A stretch of 63,655 bases of DNA, the filler included, from Octopus bimaculoides (taxonomy: Eukaryota): the NCBI RefSeq assembly GCF_001194135.2. It is 6 parts of 6 records of this genome, joined end to end, with 100 filler letters (N's around TTAATTAATTAA, not from the genome) between each part and the next. Parts side by side here need not be neighbours in the genome. Positions count along the whole stretch, not along the records: positions 52,921 to 59,712 come from NC_068982.1; positions 59,813 to 62,184 come from NC_069007.1; positions 62,285 to 63,655 come from NW_026339771.1; 3 more parts are not named here. The stretch is one strand, 5' to 3'. How positions within the stretch are numbered: position 1 is the first letter of the stretch; each line of letters begins with the position of its first letter. Of the stretch, positions 52,935 to 63,655 are shown piece by piece. Under the pieces are notes generated by a model. That model searched no databases. It was not told the DNA's origin and was given only the letters and a program-made list of their open reading frames with translations. A program made the translations under genes and the position numbers.

Positions 52935-53850
52935 TATATATATTCTTTTACTCTTTTATTCTTTTACTCGTTTCAGCCAAGTGGCTGCGGTCATACTAGA
53001 GTACCACCGCGGTCATACTGATTTCTTCAGTCTGGGGCCTTTGTCCCAGCTGTTGGCCCATTTGGTGTATAAGGGAGTTTGATTCTGCTGCCCTCATGTC
53101 GGGCTGTTGGTTCATCCGGTATTTTAGAGAAGAAGATGTCTAGTTCCGTTTTGAAGGCATTTTAATTTTTGTGGCAGGGCAGTGAAAAATTGCGGGCCTT
53201 TGAACCCTAGACTATTGCAGTACCTGGTCCTGAATTTAGATAGAGTGGGTGGTGGCCAGTTCTAGCATTCGTATAACACTGAATACCGAAATTAGGTACT
53301 AGCCCCTCTAGAGTTTTCCATATGTAGATTATTGCATATCTCTCACGCCTTCACTCCAGGGAGTAAAGTTTCAGTTTTCCAATCTATCCGTGTAGCTCAT
53401 CCACTGCATTGTTTCAACCTTTTCAGTATAGTGGCGCTGGACTGCCTCAAACTCTGCTGAGAACAAAGGTTCTCCACAGGGTTAACATAGTTTCTTGGTC
53501 TCTTGTCTTGAAGGACCTCAGTATCCATCCTGCCAGTTGTCTGCACTTTGTTGCCATCTTGGTAATAGGCATATAAAATGATGCGTCGTTGCACATACTG
53601 ATCCCCGAATCTTTCACTGCCTGTGACTGAGATTGTAGTACTTTTGGGTCTTGCATATGCAGGCTGTGCTGCATTAGTGAGTTGATAGTGCAGTGATGGA
53701 AATTTTCCAGCATTAAACTGCACGTTGTTTATTTCAGTCCACTTGTATATCGAATTCTAGTCTCGCTGTAAGATTGCGACGTCATCCTGGTTTTTATTGC
53801 CTGTGATAATTTTGTATCATCGGCATAGCCAATGACAGTGGCTATCCGAG
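52935..53850 (-). mobile_element. CR1-like LINE 3' fragment with intact tail
   Basis: YADDTK (about 53815), KCRQLAGWILRSFKTRDQETMLTLWRTFVLSR, YWERL, RYAIIYIWK, KIPDEP, SNSL; ends in a GGTGG..CAG..GGCTGAAAC-(AAAAGART)n tail. Confidence 0.85.
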
Positions 53851-54264
53851 TAACAATATATATATTTTAACTATATATATATATATCTTTATTCGTTTCA
53901 GTCATGTGACAGCGGTCATGCTGGAGCACCACCGTGATTTTGTACTTTTACATAGGATTCTTCTTTGACTGATTTCTTCTGTATGTGCTTCATACATACA
54001 TACATACATATGTGCATTTGTGAATATATATTTCGATGTAGACACATACACAGACACATACATCAAATATGCGCAAATGCAAACACACATCTATCATTGA
54101 ATCTATATATATAAAGAGATAAAGGTAGAGGGAGAGAGAGATAAATATTTTCAAATTTATGTATATGTGCATGTATATATTTAAAAAAACCATCTTTATA
54201 TACATGTATATANNNNNNNNNNNNNNNNNNNNNNNNNNNNNNNNNNNNNNNNNNNNNNNNNNNN

Positions 54265-54311
<47 letters not shown>

Positions 54312-54554
54312 AAATATATGTATAAAGGCATATATATTATACATATTATTTATATATAAATATATACACATGCATATGAACAAATTTATGTCTACATGTA
54401 TAGTGTTTATGTATGTATGTATGTATTTACGAATGTTTGTATGTATGTATGTATGTATGTATGTATGGAGTGATACATATATTCTCATACTTATAGACTG
54501 AAATGAATTCACACATATCGCAGCGTGTAGCATCTATGTCTTTGAGGAAAATAT

Positions 54555-54589
<35 letters not shown>

Positions 54590-55402
54590 CACACACACAC
54601 GCACGCACTAAACATTTAGATGTACAGCCACACGCATATACACATGCACACAAAGACGTCAAAACGCACGTGTTTGTGAGGGGCGGGGTATAGAAAAATT
54701 GACAGTTTCTACAAAGTGAAGATAAATAGTTTAAAAAATTATAAATAAACAGTTTTTGTTAATTTCTTTTATAAATGTTGTATGTCTACACACAATGGAA
54801 CAATCGATAAATACATTGCTGCTTCATCCCAACCCCCTCACTCTCTCCATATATACNNNNNNNNNNNNNNNNNNNNNNNNNNNNNNNNNNNNNNNNNNNN
54901 NNNNNNNNNNNNNNNNNNNNNNNNNNNNNNNNNNNNNNNNNNNNNNNNNNNNNNNNNNNNNNNNNNNNNNNNNNNNNNNNNNNNNNNNNNNNNNNNNNNN
55001 NNNNNNNNNNNNNNNNNNNNNNNNNNNNNNNNNNNNNNNNNNNNNNNNNNNNNNNNNNNNNNNNNNNNNNNNNNNNNNNNNNNNNNNNNNNNNNNNNNNN
55101 NNNNNNNNNNNNNNNNNNNNNNNNNNNNNNNNNNNNNNNNNNNNNNNNNNNNNNNNNNNNNNNNNNNNNNNNNNNNNNNNNNNNNNNNNNNNNNNNNNNN
55201 NNNNNNNNNNNNNNNNNNNNNNNNNNNNNNNNNNNNNNNNNNNNNNNNNNNNNNNNNNNNNNNNNNNNNNNNNNNNNNNNNNNNNNNNNNNNNNNNNNNN
55301 NNNNNNNNNNNNNNNNNNNNNNNNNNNNNNNNNNNNNNNNNNNNNNNNNNNNNNNNNNNNNNNNNNNNNNNNNNNNNNNNNNNNNNNNNNNNNNNNNNNN
55401 NN

Positions 55403-55470
<68 letters not shown>

Positions 55471-56333
55471 TTCACAACATGTTTATATACAACTATAAAT
55501 GCATAAATGTTTTAATAAGAAAACGTTTCTTTGATGAGGGGAAAGAAAATAAAAAAAAGAAAAGTAAAGAAAAAAGGCCAGCCTAAGATACTAAGCAGCA
55601 TTTATGAAGCTGTTCTGGCGACACAGCTAATTTAAGCGAAACCCAAGTGACGTTATATGCGTGCAGAGAACGCCTGGTTGCACTTCCATGTTGTTTCTAT
55701 CGTTGGGCCGGCTGGGTGGCGGACGGGCGAACGTTGGACCGGCTTGGGTGGGGTACAGGGATAGCTTAAAGAGACAAACTCTAAACAACAAACCATCAAA
55801 CAACACAAAACATTGCAAAAGTGAAGCCAAACAGTGAAATTGTAAACGAAAAGAACGCTGAAGAGATAGACGGAGAGTAAGGGTAGGAAAGAAAATAGAA
55901 AGAAAGAAGGAAAGAGAGGAGGAAAGAAAGAAAGAAAGAAAGATAGGAAGAAAGAATCAGAGAAAGAAGGAAAGAAAGAAAGGCGGTGAGAGGGAGAGAG
56001 AAAGAAAGAGAGGAAGAAAGAATAAAAGTGCCAATATATTTCATAGCGTTTGTTATATGAAGTACATATTGCTTACTCATGCGTGAATGAAATTATGTTG
56101 AAGAGTGTATGTGTGTGCGCGCGCGTGTGTGTATGCGCGTGCGTGTATGGCAAGTAGATATAGAAAATAGTGGAGGTGGTTCTGCTGGTGGAGCTGGTGG
56201 TAGTGGTGCTGGTGGTGGTGCTGGTGGTGCTGGTGATAGCAGAAGAGAGAGAAGAAGGTGGGGGGGTTGAATATATTTAGGTATACACATACACACACAC
56301 ATATCTATGCATACACATGCATAAATATTCATG

Positions 56334-56434
<101 letters not shown>

Positions 56435-57469
56435 ATACATACATGCATATATACATATATGTGTGTGTATGTGTGTGTGTATACATATATAGATATATAG
56501 ATAGATAGAGAGATAGATAGATAGATAAAGATATAGATATTTTTACACACGTATATATGAAGATATGCGAGTGTATTACTATGTACGTGTTAGTGTGCAT
56601 GTATCTATTTTGTGTGCGTATGCATATGCGTGTGTGCACGCGTGTGCGTGCCAATGTGGAAGTGCGAGGCATTGGCGGACGGACAGACAGACAGACAGAC
56701 AGACAGATAAATGAACAGACTGACTCAAATAGTGACAGAGGCAAAAAGAAATTTAGAAATAAATAAAATGAGTTGAGAATATGGAAAGACTGAAAGAGAA
56801 TGAGGAATGTGAGAGAGGGAGGGAGTGATTGAGTGACACACGCATACATATACTCACAGGTTGTACACACATGCATTCAAACAAAGATTGTATATGCACA
56901 CGTTCACGCATGCATTGATACATACATGCTGACATACGTGCACGCCAACGCAAATACACACTCACGTAGACGTATATGCGTGCATATATAAATGTGTGTG
57001 TATGTATACATGCATATATATANNNNNNNNNNNNNNNNNNNNNNNNNNNNNNNNNNNNNNNNNNNNNNNNNNNNNNNNNNNNNNNNNNNNNNNNNNNNNN
57101 NNNNNNNNNNNNNNNNNNNNNNNNNNNNNNNNNNNNNNNNNNNNNNNNNNNNNNNNNNNNNNNNNNNNNNNNNNNNNNNNNNNNNNNNNNNNNNNNNTAT
57201 ATATATACTATATAAGTATGTGTAAATGTATGTAAGTATAAGACACATACATATCCATGCATTCATATAAACTGACGTAAATTAGGATAGATTCCGTCGA
57301 AGAAATATTAAATTTGAAATTCAAAGAAATGAAAGAAAACAGGGTGTAGGTGGAGGTGAGAGAGAGAGAGAGGGGGGTGAGGGAGGCAGTGGGAGAGAGT
57401 CACGCAAGTAGACAATCACATTGTGACAGTGATGGCTGAAATAGATAGATAGATAGATAGTTAGTTAGT

Positions 57470-57533
<64 letters not shown>

Positions 57534-57688
57534 CAGGCAGACAGGCAGACAGGCAGGCAGGCAGACAAACAGACAGACGGACCGATGGATGAATTGACGG
57601 ACAAACAGACAGACAGATTGACAGACAGACAGACACTCAGACAGACAGACAGTCAGACAGACAGACAGACAGATAGATAGATAGATAC

Positions 57689-57736
<48 letters not shown>

Positions 57737-58057
57737 GTGTGAATGGATGGGAATATTTGGAAAGAGAGATATAAAATAGTGGTGGCAGTCAACAAGGAAT
57801 TTTCATTTTTGGATAAATACGGAAGATTTTCTTCCGCTCACCCTATCCTCCTATATACATATAGAAATGAAAGGAGGAGAAGGGGGAAAAAGAGCAAGTT
57901 AAAGAAAAGAGAATATAAATATGGTGGAGAGAATACCATAAGATGAATATATATTTTATATATATATATGCACACACACACTCATACTTACACACATACA
58001 TACATACATACATACATACATACTTATATACAGACATACATACATACTTATATACAT

Positions 58058-58154
<97 letters not shown>

Positions 58155-58534
58155 CACATATATACATACATATATATAATGTTTGGAGATACATGTGAAA
58201 TTGGGGCCGGAAGCAATATTCTTGTTGAAAATATGAAAGAAAAAATAAAAAGGCAGAGAAGGACAGTAAAGAATTAAAGAAGGGAAAGAAAGGAAAATCT
58301 AAGGAATGATACGACGGTAGATTTCCAGTCGGTGATGATTCATTTTGCTTTTCGTCTTGTGAAATCCCAGTAAAAGTGGCTGAGTATTCCATAGACACGT
58401 GACCGTTAGAGTAACGTACAGGCTAAGTCAACATGGCAGAATGTAACAGGAGTGGACCTTTGAAATCTATGAAGGAACTATGGATAAAATGAAACAGAGA
58501 GAAGAATCAAATTCTTTTTTTTTAAGCTTATCGA

Positions 58535-59330
58535 TTGTGTGTTCGAAAGCTGTAGGTATGTAAGTTTCCTAACTTATTTTATTTTCAGGGAGATTTAAAA
58601 TATTCCCAGGAAATTGTAGATATTCCAGTCTTTGGGAATAGTAACAGGAAGAGATGTTCACCTTGTTGGATTTTTGAATTTCTGAATTTCTTTTTCTTTT
58701 GGAATTTTTCTTTTCTTTTTAAAAGTTTTGCTGTGGTTTACAGTTTTTTGTAGTTATGCAATATGTATATATTGGCAAGTGCTTACTTCCTTGATTTTTT
58801 TTATCGTCCATTTAATTGTATTGTTACAATAAAAGGCATATTTATATATTCTCTTAGTCGGGGAAGAAGGGAAGACAAAATGTTCACACAAAATTGGAGA
58901 TATTAAAGTTTCTAAATTTTTTAAGGTGTTCATTTGTATGTCTGTTCAGAGAAAGCTGTGGTGTTTTTCTTTTACAATAAAAAGGATGTTTAGATTTTCG
59001 AATATTCAGAGAAAAAGGAACGGAAAGAAAAGGAAGTTAAAATTTTTTCACAGAAAATTGTAGATATGAAGTTTTTTTTTAATTTACTGGAGATGATCTT
59101 TTATCTGTCCGAACAGGGAAAACTGTAGTGTTCTTGGAATAAGGAGGATGTTTACATATTCGAATACTCAGGGGGAAAGAAAATGATAGGTATTCACAGA
59201 AGGTGTAGATATTAAAGGTTTTAAAGCTGATTGTTTATGTGTTCGAAAGCTGTAGATATGTAAGTTCCTTAACTTATTTTGAGGGAATTTCAAAATACTC
59301 ACAGGAAACTATAGATATTCCAGTCTTTTA
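58535..59330. repeat. Diverged tandem (minisatellite-like) array
   Basis: Motif CACAGRAAATTGTAGATATT variants at about 58605, 58885, 59049, 59195 and 59300; an about 95-bp near-duplicate at about 58535 and about 59232. Confidence 0.7.
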
Positions 59331-59465
59331 GAGTTATTTTTTCAGTTGTCCTGCTGAGTTGTATTAATGTTTCTGTATCTTCAGCTGCTGACAGGTCAGA
59401 GCAGCCAAAAACACGTCCAGCCGCTGTCACGTCCAGTCGCCTATTATATCTTATTATTATTATTA

Positions 59466-59506
<41 letters not shown>

Positions 59507-59624
59507 TAGTTTTATTTTTATAACGTGCTTTCACTTCACTACCGAGCGCAGCTCTGTGCGCCTTGGGTATGTGCTGTGGTTTGCTGTGGTGCTCTTATGT
59601 TTACTGTATTGAAAGTGTTTATTA

Positions 59625-59707
<83 letters not shown>

Positions 59708-59812
59708 TTATANNNNNNNNNNNNNNNNNNNNNNNNNNNNNNNNNNNNNNNNNNNNTTAATTAATTAANNNNNNNNNNNNNNNNNNNNNNNNNNNNNNNN
59801 NNNNNNNNNNNN

Positions 59813-59847
<35 letters not shown>

Positions 59848-60329
59848 AACACACACACACATACACATACCCCACTTATTGCATATATCTATTTATAGTG
59901 TTGAATCTCCAGGTATCATACGACACACACACACACACACATATATATGCGTGTGTGTGTGTATGTATATGTGTATGCATACATACATACATATATATAT
60001 ATATTTATATACATGGGAGGAGCTAGGTGGAGCATCATATGTGTGAGTATGTGCATATGCATAAATGCAAGCATATACATACACTCACACGCATACGCAC
60101 ACACATATACACAGACACTCACACACATACACACACGCGCGCACACCCACATATATACCCAAGTAATACCACACCCCATACAAGTACACTAGACTAACTT
60201 GTCTAAGGTGCTTGTTTATGAGATTAAGTGGATCATGTTGACACCAATGCTGAGGAGTTTCTGATACAGAGCAGAGCGGACATTCATTATCTACAAGTCG
60301 CAGGTTCGATTCGTACAGAGAGACTGTCA

Positions 60330-60369
<40 letters not shown>

Positions 60370-61227
60370 NNNNNNNNNNNNNNNNNNNNNNNNNNNNNNN
60401 NNNNNNNNNNNNNNNNNNNNNNNNNNNNNNNNNNNNNNNNNNNNNNNNNNNNNNNNNNNNNNNNNNNNNNNNNNNNNNNNNNNNNNNNNNNNNNNNNNNN
60501 NNNNNNNNNNNNNNNNNNNNNNNNNNNNNNNNNNNNNNNNNNNNNNNNNNNNNNNNNNNNNNNNNNNNNNNNNNNNNNNNNNNNNNNNNNNNNNNNNNNN
60601 NNNNNNNATATATATATATATACACTTACACACACACTACATACTCACACACACATTTATCTGTATGTATGCATGAGTAAGTAGAGTAAATACATACATA
60701 TATACATACACACATACATGTGTGTGTGTGTGTGTGTGTGTGTAATAAGGCTTGTTATTAGGGCAGGTGATGACCTGTCACCATGAAACAAGCAATAATT
60801 TTTCCCTTTAATTTCCAAGAACAAAGGATTTATTCATGTTGTAACGATAGTAATTACTAAGCACTCTCTCTCTCACATACACACACACGCGCACACACAC
60901 ACGCACGCACACACACGCACGCACACACACGCACGCACTCACAGTCATTTACACACACATACACACACCCATTCACACAAACTCACACAGGCGCACACAT
61001 AAAAACATGCGCATACATGTACACACACAAACACACACACACTCACACACACAAACACAACACACAACACACACATGCACATAGAAGCATACACACTTAA
61101 ACACAAACACTTTGACACACGCACCATCCTTCTTTTCCGTGTAATAAACTAACCTTACATGGTCTTTGTTTTTATTTATAATCTGTTATCTATATATATA
61201 AAAATATGGTTAAAATTTTTTATTATT

Positions 61228-61292
<65 letters not shown>

Positions 61293-61849
61293 CCTTATCC
61301 TAAAGCGGCGTGCTGGTAGAGTCGTTAACATGCCGGACGAAATGCTTAGCGGTATTTCGTCCGCCTTTTCGTTCTGAGTTCAAATTCCGCTGTGGTTGAC
61401 TTTGTCTTTCATCCTTCAAGAGTCGATAAATTAAGTACCAATCAAGTACTGGGGGCGATTTGATCGACTATCCCCCTCCCCTCAAATTCCAGGCCTTGTG
61501 CATGTAATAGAAAGGATTATTATTTTTATTGAGTGAGAGAGCAGTGCGTTCGATCAAAGTGACACTGGGGTAAAATATACGCAACCCAGTATACCCGTCA
61601 TGACTACCCGTCTGATAAGGGTAGACCAGGCACATGCATCATGGTCCAGTCTATATAGCTGTCAATACCTTGTGGAGATCTAGTTAATCTCACGAGCAGG
61701 CTGTTCAATTGAACGGATCAACTAGAACCCTCGTCATTGTATTTTTACATGGTATGTGTTAAATACAATGGCTGGCCGTCACTGAAAAGGGAAAACCAGT
61801 CAATGAAAAGCTCCAGGATGGAAGGAAGGCATGCGTCAGCGTAGATTGA

Positions 61850-62050
61850 CAAGATCTCTGAACACCTACTTTAAGAGGCGCCCGTGGTTGCCACATCTGT
61901 GCAAATGAGTATAGATCCTTATCTGCACTAAAAAGCTACGTACGTTTTCCTCATGTTTGACAGAGGAATCAAGCGATGGCATTGCTTCAAATCGAGTTAC
62001 AGCTAACTTCTATGTACGACATTATTTAGTTTTATTTGAAGATTTGCTGC
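61850..62050 (+). mobile_element. hAT transposase C-terminal dimerisation-domain relic
   Basis: Frameshifted pieces APVVATS / EYRSLSALKSYVR / RNQAMALLQIE resemble LPVT.ASCERSFSALKR.KTYLR...RL..LA.L.IE. Confidence 0.45.
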
Positions 62051-62433
62051 CAATGGAAAAAGAGCCGGTTTCTAACCTATATTCAAGGCCCTTTAATATA
62101 TATGTAAATGGCATTAGGTATTGAGTATATCATATAACCCTAGAATTTGCGGGGTGGAGAGAGAGTAAAATAGACAGTATATATNNNNNNNNNNNNNNNN
62201 NNNNNNNNNNNNNNNNNNNNNNNNNNNNTTAATTAATTAANNNNNNNNNNNNNNNNNNNNNNNNNNNNNNNNNNNNNNNNNNNNTTCCATCTACCAAATC
62301 CACTCACAAGTCTTTGGTTGGCCCGAGGCTATAGCAGAAAAAAACCTGCCCGAGATGCCATGCAGTGGAACTGAACCCAGAACCGTGTGGTTGGTAAGCA
62401 AGCTTCTTGCCACACAGCCACATCTGTGCCTAT

Positions 62434-62923
62434 ATTATACAGAAATAAGATTTGGTATGTTGTTGATAGAGAAATAGACCCATGATTTAGGAATAGCAAT
62501 GATTAAACTCTGTCATGAAGCTAATGACTACACCTATTGACCATACATAATGGAGCTGTGCTACTACGAAGATGTCATGTGGTTTAATATCTAATGATAA
62601 GTTGGATAATATAATCCCAGTCAAACCACCTGATGTAAATAGAAGAAAAAAAAACCTAAATAAATCTTAATGCTCATTATGTCGGAGATGAATATTTTAT
62701 AGGAGATTCATAAATTGTTGCTAATTATCTAAATACCTTAATTCCTGTAAGAACGGCAATAATTATGATAGCAGCTGTGTAATATGTTCATGTGTCAACA
62801 TCTGTATCAACAATGACTATTTGAAGGCCTCATACAAGATGTCTTTACAGACCGCTAGAGAATAGTGCACTGCAGGATAAAGCAAAGAAATTATTCCAAA
62901 TTCTGGTAAAATCAAAATATACA
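62434..62923 (-). pseudogene. cox1: NUMT: degraded mitochondrial COX1 fragment
   Basis: Minus strand reads YILILPEFGMIS...DVDT*TYYTAAIMIIAVLTGIKVFS*LATIYES...[26 protein letters not shown] in the invertebrate mt code (ATA=M, AGA=S). This matches the COX1 segments HPEVYILILPGFG / DVDTRAYFT / GIKVFSWLAT / GGLTG / HDTYYVVAHFHYVLSMGA, with stops and frameshifts. Confidence 0.92.
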
Positions 62924-63079
62924 CAGGACCACAGACGTGGCTGTGTGGTAAGAGACTTGCTTCCCAACCGCATGGTTGCGGGTTCAGTCCCTTGGGCAAG
63001 TGTCTTCTACTATAGCCTCGGGCTGACCAAAGCCTTGTGAGTGGATTTGGTAGACGGAAACTGAAAGAAGCCTGTCATA

Positions 63080-63110
<31 letters not shown>

Positions 63111-63387
63111 TTGTTTGCATGTCTGCGTTTGTCCTCCCACCATCGCTTGACAAATAATGTTGTTGTGTTTATGTCTCTAACTTCGCAGTTCAGCAAAAGA
63201 GACTGATAGCATAAGTACTAGGTGTGCTTACAATTCTGCCAGCTCACTGCCTTGGGGCTCCTCATATTAAAGGGGACTAACGAGTAAGGACCCCTTTCGG
63301 TCATGAATGACCATGGGATTGTTCATTATTTACATTATTTACATTATTTACATTTGACGGATATTTGTCCTCATCTTGTTTGTTGTT

Positions 63388-63433
63388 AACACAACATTTC
63401 GGCTGATATATACTCCAGCCTTCATAAGGTGTC
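63388..63433 (-). ncRNA. Degenerate minimal type-I hammerhead ribozyme motif (PLE-type)
   Basis: Minus strand: GACAC-CUUAUGA-A-GGCUG(gaguauauau)CAGCC-GAAA-UG-UU-GUGUU. Stems I and II pair. The core differs from CUGAUGA / GAAACGU by two substitutions. Confidence 0.6.
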
Positions 63434-63486
63434 TTTGGGGAAATTTTCGAACCTGGGTTCTCATTCCAAAGGCATTTTTCAATGTT

Positions 63487-63529
<43 letters not shown>

Positions 63530-63655
63530 TCACTGCTTGGAATCGAACTCGGAATCTTGGGGTTAGTAGCCTGCGCTCTAAACCACTATGCCATATACCC
63601 ATGGGCATAATAATAATAATAGTAGTAGTAGTAGTAGTAATAATAATAATAATAA

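Noticed and set aside
58048-58398. ORF MSMEYSATFTG... as an upstream CHS exon
   Set aside because: It starts in a dispersed repeat (GTCT.TGGA.T.CTCAGCCACTT family), runs into a microsatellite and has no CHS motif.
59385-59500. + strand terminal exon with GPI-like tail (ADRSEQPKTRPAAVTSSRLLYLIIII)
   Set aside because: The hydrophobic tail is simply an (ATT)n microsatellite, and no upstream partner exon was found.

Overview
AT-rich, microsatellite-saturated animal genomic DNA with many N-gaps. The repeat landscape and a COX1 NUMT readable in the invertebrate mitochondrial code suggest a coleoid cephalopod (Octopus-like) draft assembly; this is an inference. Almost all ORFs in the supplied track are artefacts of microsatellites or N-runs. 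The real coding content is spliced chitin-synthase-like exons in two opposite orientations. Three phase-consistent N-terminal transmembrane exons lie on + (43911-44660), and the three last exons (SWGTRD motif, a polybasic linker, C-terminal TM helices) lie on - (50406->48088). They meet tail-to-tail across the only plain 100-N gap I found (47684-47783), and no catalytic exons are visible. The rest is a dense TE landscape: three abundant tRNA/MIR-like SINE families, R4/Dong-like RLE retroposons sitting in (TAA)n arrays, RTE, CR1-like and Tx1/L1 LINE fragments, a Penelope-like GIY-YIG relic, four degenerate minimal hammerhead-ribozyme motifs, a full-length DD36E Tc1 element, a mariner MITE, hAT relics, a Helitron 3' end, a 150-bp fold-back, and a COX1 NUMT bracketed by head-to-head SINEs. 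All calls come from manual reading and motif recognition; no searches were run.
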